Assembly (NCBI RefSeq): GCF_006345805.1
Contig: NW_021835265.1
Span: 1-41,131 of the forward strand
Length of the DNA stretch: 41,131 nucleotides
Direction of reading: 5' to 3'
DNA from: Octopus sinensis
Taxonomy: Eukaryota
Position numbers and translations under genes: made by a program. How positions within the stretch are numbered: the first letter of the stretch is position 1; every line of letters starts with the position of its first letter. Below, piece by piece: positions 33,337 to 41,131 of the stretch. The notes beneath the pieces are model-generated. The model was not told the DNA's origin. It did not search any database and worked only from the letters and a program-made list of their open reading frames with translations.

Positions 33337-35649
33337 TCAGCTTTGAGAAATAATTTCTTGAATTTCACTGATTTGATCACTTTCGACTGCAGTGCCTAGG
33401 TCTTGACTTCTGTATACTTTCAAGGTCCCAATTTTGGTAATTATGTATTTTGGAATATCGGAGTTTTTGCAACATTTGCCATATGTTTTTAGGCCATATT
33501 TTATAGACAATATTGATCTAAGCATAGGAAGACGCATTTTGTTTTTCAATTTTGATTTGATTACACCCATGCTACTGAACAACCATTCAACCTCTGCATT
33601 TGAGTTTGGCAATGTCAATAGATTAATGGCAAAATTTGCATCATCTCTAAAAGGATTTCCTCCAGTAGCATCTTTATATTCCAAGACTTCCAGCCAGAAT
33701 GCCTCAGTATTAGACGTATTTATCCGTTTAACTAAATGAATGCTATTAAACTGAATTTCAATTGAAGCAATTTTTTTAATTTAAATGCATTGCTTCTAAG
33801 ACAGGTAAAATTAGCTCTTTGAAATGCTGCAAAATATTCTCTACCGAAAAACATTGATATTCTTCAGTATATTAATATTTTCTAGCAGACGGTACTTGAG
33901 CTCTTTATAAAAGCAGAGTAAAAATTGGTGTGCACTTTTGTGAATATTATTTTCTTCGGTGGCTGTTATAGTCTTCTTGATAATCATTTCTGCTATCTTT
34001 CTCTGAAATCTGTAGCCTAGATTTGGTTTAGGATCAAAACTTTTTCAATAGAAGCATCCGGATCAAGAGAATCAATTCTACCTGTTGGCAACATTATCGT
34101 ATTAGCAACAGATTTGATCAAATTTGAAAGATCTTCAAAGAATTTTGTTTTGTTGACAGTGTTTGATTCAAACATTTTATTCACTTCCTGAACATGTTTT
34201 AAAATTAGATGCTAAAATAAAAGGTAAAGTTCATTCCTCGAAGCACAAAACATTTTATGTAGCATTTGTGCAGCAAAGCATTTTTTCTTTTGTAATTGTA
34301 GTTTGGAAGTGAGTTTGCAATTCAAACAATTGGCTCAAAATTCTATTTACAGCTGGTTCTATTGACAGCCACCCAGTTGTTCAAAAATTCACAATCTTCA
34401 AAGGCTCTTTATCATTGATAGCAAGATAAAGTGAGAGGACCATTTATAGGTTTCGGATACTAAAAATTTTTTATTTATGGGCAGGTTTTCAACACAAGTG
34501 TGAGACACTGCCAACTGTAAAGAATGACAAATGACACACACATCTAAATAGAAGTGATGGTGGAACTTTTTTTAATTTCTGGAAAACACCATTGTTGACT
34601 CCTATCATTATTCTAGCATTGTCGGTTCCTATAGCCAGTAAATGTTTTATATCTAATTTCTTTTTCACTAATTCAATTTTTAAGGCATCTACAATGCCAT
34701 CTGCATCACATTTTTCTAAAGATACCATTCTGAGATATGTATGTACCACTTTTTTGTGAGTGTCACTATAATATATGATAACAATTCCTAACAACTTGTT
34801 TATCGATATATCATTGGATTCATCTATGATAATAACAAGCTAAATTTTCTATCTCCTATATCAGAAATCTCCATCAAAATATGGAGCTAGAACATTTCTC
34901 ACAATATTTGCACATTTTGTACAATGCAACTTCATTTTAGATATAATATCACTATCAGACATAGAATTCTTACATAAGTCTATTTATTTAGTGATCACAG
35001 CTATTAAAAGATGAGTGATAGCAAATAGACATTGCTAAATTTGCTTGAAGCATAAATGTCTTATCATTTTTGGTTTTAATAAAATTGTTAAGAGGAATCA
35101 TTTGCTGTGGTGTTGATGCCTTATGTCTCTTTGCTCCACAGTGGCTTACTAAAAGATAATATTTTGCCAACATATATCTACAGTATCTGCAATGTGCTTT
35201 AGATTGGTCACTAGGTACTTCACACAACCACTTAGTAAACGCTGGTGAGGGCGCGTGGCTTAGTGGTTAGGGCATTCGGCTCATGATCGTAAGGTTGTGA
35301 GTTCGATTCCCGGCGACGCGTTGTGTCCTTGAGCAAGACACTTTATTTCACGTTGCTCCAGTCCACTCAGCTGGCAAAAATGAGTTGTACTTGTATTTCA
35401 AAGGGTCAGCCTTGTCACTCTCTGTGTCACGCTGATTATCCCCGAGAACTACGTTAAGGGTACACGTGTCTGTGGAATGCTCAGCCATTTGCACGTTAAT
35501 TTCACGAGCAAGCTGTTCCGTTGATCGTATCAGCTGGGACCCTCGTCGTCGTAACCGGCGGAGTCTTTTTTTTTTAGTAAACGCTGGCATCTTAAGCCAT
35601 TCCTTTCAGAATTTTTGCTGGTACAACTATTTTTTTTTTTTTTGCTCAT
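33337..35649 (-). pseudogene. hAT transposase pseudogene (BED-type zinc finger, DDE core, hATC dimerisation domain)
   Basis: KEWLKMPAFTKWLCEVPSDQSKAHCRYC (restored after removing the SINE); AIGTDNARIMIGVNNGVFQKL...CVCH; LLTLPNSNAEVEWLFSSMGVIKSKLKNKM. Stops and frameshifts present; putative ATG at 35649. Confidence 0.9.
35246..35573 (+). mobile_element. SINE family C, tail variant 3, inserted in the hAT transposase with a 14-bp TSD
   Basis: TSD TTAGTAAACGCTGG at 35232-35245 and 35574-35587; poly-T 3' end; B box GAGTTCGATTCC. Confidence 0.93.
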
Positions 35650-36717
35650 TATAATGTAATGGGAAGCAAGAAAATTAATTGAATGATTAATAAAGATATA
35701 AGATTGGAAACATAACTTATCAGTTTGTCGCTAACAATTCTTTCATTCGCCGTTGACAATTCTCATGTTTGCTGCTTACAAATTCTTGAGGTGAAGAACT
35801 CTGATTCAGGATGCAGAGTGGCCAATTTATAAGTGGAAAAGTAAAATCTGCAAAAATCCTAAAACTGTGTTCTGATATATAAACCTGGGGACATCATATT
35901 TCGCTTCCGATCTTACATTTAATATCTATTGGTAAAACCACAACTATAACTACAATACTTGAAAAAAAAAATTTAAGTAGAAATATAAAGGGGGAGACCC
36001 CGCCACCCCCGTACTTCTACACAAGATATATAATCCAAAACAAACAGGAAAAACACAGGCTTCTCTTAAATCAGTCAAACTGAAAGTAAATCAGTCAACC
36101 TGTTATGGTAAAAACTCATCACTGCAGAATAAAGCATTGTTAGAACGAATTTCTATGCTTTCATTCTTTGGAACATATTTACATTATTGTGTAGTGAGTT
36201 CAGGTGGTGACATGAGTTATCTTTTCCTCTTCGCCCCACAAGCACCACTCTGTATCCAATGTATCTAAGCGTGGAGAGTGGGGCTGGAAAAGTTCATAAC
36301 TTGATAAACTTCCCTTTGATAAACTTTCATTTGAAGTTTCATGAAAGTGAAAGAAAAATTCAATAATAGCCGATAGTACAAAAATTTGGCTGTAAGCTAC
36401 CTTAATGAAAATAGAAAAGGGGGAAAAAGAAGAAGAAAAAAAGGTAATTATTGTGGAAATATCATGATCAGAGAAAAATACTAAAAAAAAAATGCTAAAT
36501 AAAACTTTAAACCTGCTATTTTCCCTGCTAAATGCTACATTCAAAAAATTTTCTGCTAAATGTTGAAAGAAAAATGCTAGATCTAGCATAAAATATGCTG
36601 AATTGGCAACCTTGTTTCATGTATTTTTATAATTAAGATCTAAACTGTTAATATGTGAATGCAAAAGAAATACTTGAATAACTGTAAACCTACTTTTGGG
36701 TCACCCAGTAAATATAT

Positions 36718-37142
36718 ACTCTTTTACTCTTTACTCTTTTACTTGTTTCAGTCATTTGAATGCGGCCATGCTGGAGCACCGCCTTTAATCGAGCAACTCG
36801 ACCCCAGGACTTATTCTTTTGTAAGCCCAGTACTTATTCTATCGCTCTCTTTTGCCGAACTGCTAAGTAACGGGGACATAAACACATCAGCATCGGTTGT
36901 CAAGCAATGCTAGGGGGACAAACACAGACACACAAACACACACACGCATATATACATATATATATATATACATATATACGACAGGCTTCTTTCAGTTTCC
37001 ATCTACCAAATCCACTCACAAGGCATTGGTCGGCCCGGGGCTATAGCAGAAGACACTTGCCCAAGATGCCACGCAGTGGGACTGAACCCGGAACCATGTG
37101 GTTGGTAGGCAAGCTACTTACCACACAGCCACTCCTGCGCCT
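36718..37142 (-). mobile_element. SINE family A, full length
   Basis: Reverse complement of the family A consensus. Confidence 0.9.
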
Positions 37143-37161
37143 ATCTTTATTGTTTATTTTT

Positions 37162-37432
37162 TAGTTTCAGTTCAGAGCTGCGGCCATGCTGATGCACCGC
37201 CGTTTTGCTACACTGTTATTACTAAGAGCCTCCTCTAATATGTGGTACTTGATAAAGAATGGAGTTTGATATAGCTACCCTCATTTGCACCTCTTGCCGT
37301 GAGGTAGGTTCATCTAGGACTCTCGACAGGAAGAGGTCCATCTTTGATTTAAAAACCGCTACATCTACTTTGTGCAAGTTCCTGAGACTCTTTGGGAGAA
37401 TATTAAAAAGCTGTGGGCCCTTGAAACCCAGG
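37162..37432 (-). mobile_element. CR1-superfamily LINE 3' end (ORF2 C-terminus and 3' tail)
   Basis: Open frame LGFKGPQLFNILPKSLRNLHKVDVAVFKSKMDLFLSRVLDEPTSRQEVQMRVAISNSILYQVPHIRGGS* (TAG at 37224-37222), followed by GGCGGTGCATCAGCATGGCCGCAGCTCTGAACTGAAAC. Confidence 0.75.
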
Positions 37433-37542
37433 TTGTTGCATCAAAGCTGCAAAACACACATAACTGATACTCAGAGTTTCAGTTCGTCGGACAGTTGTAA
37501 TCAAGACTGGAATAAAATTGTGTGTGTGTATACATATATATA

Positions 37543-37621
<79 letters not shown>

Positions 37622-37709
37622 GTATCAAGGCGGTGCCCCAGCATGGCCGCATACTTATGAGTAAACCAAGTAAAAGATGAACGATAAAAGTTAGATACGG
37701 TTGGCCTCA

Positions 37710-37863
37710 TTCAGTTTCCGTCTTTTAAATCCACTCACAAGGCTTAGGTCGGCCCCAGGACATAGTACACGAGACATTTGCTCCAGCTGCCATGCAGTGT
37801 GACTGAACCCGAAACTATGTGGTTCAGAAGCATGCGTTTTACCACACAACCACACCTGCGCCT
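37710..37863 (-). mobile_element. SINE family A, diverged 5' half
   Basis: TCAGTTTCCGTC..AAATCCACTCACAAGGC..ACTGAACCCG..CACACCTGCGCC; a separate + strand tail fragment lies at ~37626-37678. Confidence 0.75.
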
Positions 37864-38220
37864 ATAGCTCAATCATATTTGTTCAATCACGCTGTTTGCA
37901 TATAATATAATATAATATAATATAAAATAATATATAAAAGACTATAAAACATAATCTTATAGAAATACCACTAAGCTGAATTTGGATTATATGTCACTTA
38001 CCATTCCATAATAAAATATCTGAGTACTATAGCATATTTTAGCATAAATCGTTGTGAAAACACTTACATATGACATTTGCGTGATTTGATAGATTACTAA
38101 CTTGAAGAATATACAAATATAAACTTAAATAAATAAATAAATAAATTATATATATATATATACAGAGTGGCCCAAAAGTAGGTTTACAGTTATCACGTAG
38201 GCACAGTCAGACAATGTACG

Positions 38221-38812
38221 CCACTAGTCCAGAAAGAATATAAGAGATTTCATGACAATATAGTAAGTATTGTCCATTGGACACTTTGCAACAAGTATGG
38301 ACTTGACAGAGCAAAAAAGTGGTACGACCATAAACCCGAAAGCATCGTCGAAAATGATAATGCAAAGATCCTTTGGGATTTTTTAATTTAGTGCGGACCA
38401 TGGGATAGAGAATAGGAAGCCAGGTAGAATATTAATTTAGAAAGAAAGCGAACGATGCTGGATCATAGATATAGCATGCTCAGCTGATAACATAGTTTGT
38501 GATAAGGAAGAAAGAAAAGTCGATAGATATGACAGGTTAGCTTGGGAGGTTAAGCAGTTGTGGGCGATGAAAAAGGTGGTAGTAGTACTAATAATTGTCG
38601 GAGCACTGGGAACAGTGAGTAAAAATCTTGAGAAGGACATGGAACGAATAGGGGCTGCAATAAGGGTGGAGCACTTGCAGAAAACAACACTGCGTGGAAC
38701 CGCTCGATTACTCCGGAAGGTGCTCGAAAAATAAGAGGTGTTACCTTAGTTCACTGGTAATGAACAGCTGACACCGTAGTACATCTCCAGCGATAGAAGC
38801 TGTGCAAAGGCA
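38221..38812 (+). mobile_element. Dong/R4-type (RLE) LINE 3' fragment ending in (TAA)n
   Basis: QKEYKRFHDNIVSIVHWTLCNKYG..KWYDHKPESIVENDNAKILWDF..RKP..WIIDIAC..IIVGALGTVSK..LQKTTLRGTARLLRKVLEK* (stop at 38732-38734), then 3' UTR and a TAA tail. Confidence 0.88.
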
Positions 38813-38816
38813 ATAA

Positions 38817-38861
<45 letters not shown>

Positions 38862-38880
38862 TAATAATAATAATAATAAT

Positions 38881-39950
38881 CCTTTCTTTCTTGGTCGCAA
38901 ATGACGAGTGAAGTTTAAAACAGAAAAACGTGTAAACATTAAAAACAAAAACAATTAACAAAAGAATTAAACAACAAAATTCCCCAGTAGCGGGAGTTCC
39001 ACCCAGGATCAACCAGGGTACCTCACGCATCCTGGTCACCCCGACTGCCAAGGGTACACCAAGCAGGCACCACTCTTCCCCTCAACTGCTCCAGTGTACA
39101 GACGAATATTCAGAGAAGCCCCATTCACAGGAGCCATTTTCGCAACATTCACCCACCTTTCAACAAACTTATTGGGGTGGAGGCAGTACTTCCCTCTCAA
39201 CCCTCATTTTGCTTTTCAAGTGGAACTTGTAAAAGTTAATGAGGGCTCGGTCGAAGAGGAAAGTGTCTGTCTTCAGTCCTCTTAGTCTTGTCCACCACAC
39301 TACCTCTTTCGCAATAGTCACCAGGAAGAAGAAAATTGCTTTTCCCTTCAGGTTAAAAGAAGGCGGCGGGGCGATCCTCACAATGGACTCAACTGATAAT
39401 CGGATCCGTCCTACATGTGACAACAGCTGTTCGACAAAGGACGGACACTGGGCGAGTGCATGCAAGACGGTTTCATCGCCCTGCGCACATCTCAGACAGA
39501 TCCGTCTGACATCACTTCCGTGTTTGTAGAGCTTGTCTCGAACCGGCAGAGTTCCCCGGTAGCACTGCCATGCCAGGGATTTCTGGAAGTTATCCATAGG
39601 CCCTGGCCCGAAAGTCCACTGGAAAAGGCCAGTTAGTTGATCCTTCTCGACGCCCAGAGTTTCCCCTAGTACGTCATCGCTCTTTCTATCTACTAATCTT
39701 CTATAGAATTCCACGATGGAACTTCCACCGATAACGTTGCCCGACTGGCAGAAGGCTGTGAATGTTTGCCGACACTCCACGTGCCAAGAGCCTTTTCTTG
39801 GTCTGCGCTTGACCCGGGATTGTAGCTCTATCAATGAGATGGCGAGCACACCTGCTCACCGTTCAGGATACATTGGAGATGTCGCAGTCTCAGCGCACGT
39901 CGGCGCACCAGTAGCCACGGCATGCCCAGTCTTCAACTCAGCGGCTGTTG
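38881..39950 (-). mobile_element. Tx1/L1-type LINE 3' fragment (zf-RVT/CCHC region and 3' UTR)
   Basis: ORF 39849-39169: LAWQCYRGTLPVRDKLYKHG..CLRCAQGDETVLHALAQC..AKEVVWWTR, a C-x2-C...H-x4-C motif typical of L1/Tx1 ORF2 C-termini. Confidence 0.8.
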
Positions 39951-39951
39951 A

Positions 39952-40099
39952 CAAATCGATTACATCGACCCCAGTGTTCAACTGGTACTTATTTTAGCGA
40001 CCCCGAAAGAATAAAAACTCAAAACTCAAAACGTAAAGGCAGGCGAAATGCTCATCGGTATTTCATCCGGCGCGCTAAAGATTCCGCCAGCTCACCGCC

Positions 40100-40102
<3 letters not shown>
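39952..40102 (-). mobile_element. SINE family B, internally deleted and diverged
   Basis: GATTACATCGACCCCAGTG..GACCCCGAAAG[del]..GCCAGCTCACCGCCTTA. Confidence 0.75.
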
Positions 40103-40130
<28 letters not shown>

Positions 40131-40134
<4 letters not shown>

Positions 40135-40351
40135 CCCTTCTAACATAGGTACTAGGCCTGAAATTTGGAGGAAGGGATTAAGTCGATTACATCGACCCCA
40201 GTGCGTAATTGGTACTTATTTAATCGACCCCGAAAGGATGAAGGGCAAAGTCGACCTCGGCGGAATTTGAAATCAGAACGTAAAGACAGGGGAAAATACT
40301 GCTAATCATTTCGTCCGGCGTGCTAACGTTTCTGCCAGCTCGCTGCCTTAA
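40131..40351 (-). mobile_element. SINE family B with an alternative 3' tail
   Basis: Head and central domain match family B; the tail ...CCCTTCCTCCAAATTTCAGGCCTAGTACCTATGTTAGAAGGG then (TTA)n differs from the 14869 copy. Confidence 0.85.
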
Positions 40352-40636
40352 TAATAATAATAACAATAATAATAATAATAATAATATGATAAGAAGAAGA
40401 AGAAAAGAAAAGAAGAAGAAGAAGAAGAAGAAGAAGAAGAAGAAGAAGAGAAGAAGAAGAAGAAGAAGAGAAGAAGAAGAAGAAGAAGAAGAAGAAGAAG
40501 AAGAAGACGAAGAAGAAGAAGACGAAGAAGAAGAAGAAGAAGAAGAAGAAGAAAGAAGAAGAAGAAGAAGAAGGAAGAAGAAGAAGAAGAAGAAGAGAAG
40601 AAAGAAGAAGAAGAAGAAGAAGAAGAAGAAGAAGAT
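40352..40636. repeat. (TAA)n followed by a ~245-bp (AAG)n polypurine tract
   Basis: Direct reading. Confidence 0.98.
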
Positions 40637-40904
40637 TTTCTTTTTTTCATAATTCGCAGAATGTGTTTTATTTGCTTAACTTCATTGTCCGGCCCAATAA
40701 GCTTCCGAAAGTGCTTACTTTCATAAAATGTTAGAGACTCTTAAGACGAAGGCTGTCGTAGCAGAAACTATATGTCAAGCCGTGGATTGTCTCCTGATAT
40801 ATAATAGCAAAACGTGTTGGCGCGATCTGGTATTGATATTTTTATCTTCATCTTTTTTTACATTATAAAATAACTAGTACGATAATTAAATGTCGACAGA
40901 CATA

Positions 40905-40974
40905 AACGTATGTATGTATGTTTGTATGTATGTATATCCATTATATACGCATATATACGCATATATACGCATGC

Positions 40975-41021
<47 letters not shown>

Positions 41022-41131
41022 CATATATACATATACATATATATATATATATATATACATACATATATACATATACATACATATATATGTATATACAAAC
41101 ATGTATATGTATACATAAGTATATACATACA
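40905..41131. repeat. (TATG)/(TA)/(TACA) microsatellite
   Basis: Direct reading. Confidence 0.95.

Larger units (their letters stand above)
33193..36614 (-). mobile_element. Full-length but inactivated hAT transposon
   Basis: TIRs CAGTGTTGCCAA (33193-33204) and TTGGCAACCTTG (36603-36614), 10/12. 8-bp TSD TTTCATAT/TTTCATGT (7/8). Clustered TGCTA subterminal motifs at ~36490-36600. Confidence 0.88.

Overview
AT-rich, microsatellite-saturated eukaryotic DNA. From the repeat families I recognise it is most likely a coleoid cephalopod (Octopus); this is recognition, not a database result. I found no host protein-coding exon, rRNA, true tRNA or CRISPR array, and almost all ORFs in the supplied track are translated microsatellites or TE fragments. 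The window is a transposon pile. It holds two Penelope-like elements (RT+GIY-YIG at ~2866-5410; a Naiad-like 3' end at ~8615-9785), a decayed mariner with both TIRs, a full-length hAT with TIRs and an 8-bp TSD, and seven Dong/R4-type LINE fragments mostly sitting in (TAA)n. It also holds a Tx1/L1-type 3' end, CR1-type LINE 3' ends, Helitron/Helentron-like non-autonomous elements and more than 20 tRNA-derived SINE copies of four families. The most interesting signal is a set of at least five hammerhead-ribozyme motifs of four architectures: one with a greatly extended stem II, one non-canonical core repeated identically 26 kb apart, and a sixth homologous copy whose core has been deleted. Also notable are several long foldbacks, multimerised and tail-swapped SINEs, and a directly visible LINE/SINE shared 3' tail. 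Structures were folded by eye; ribozyme activity is untested inference.
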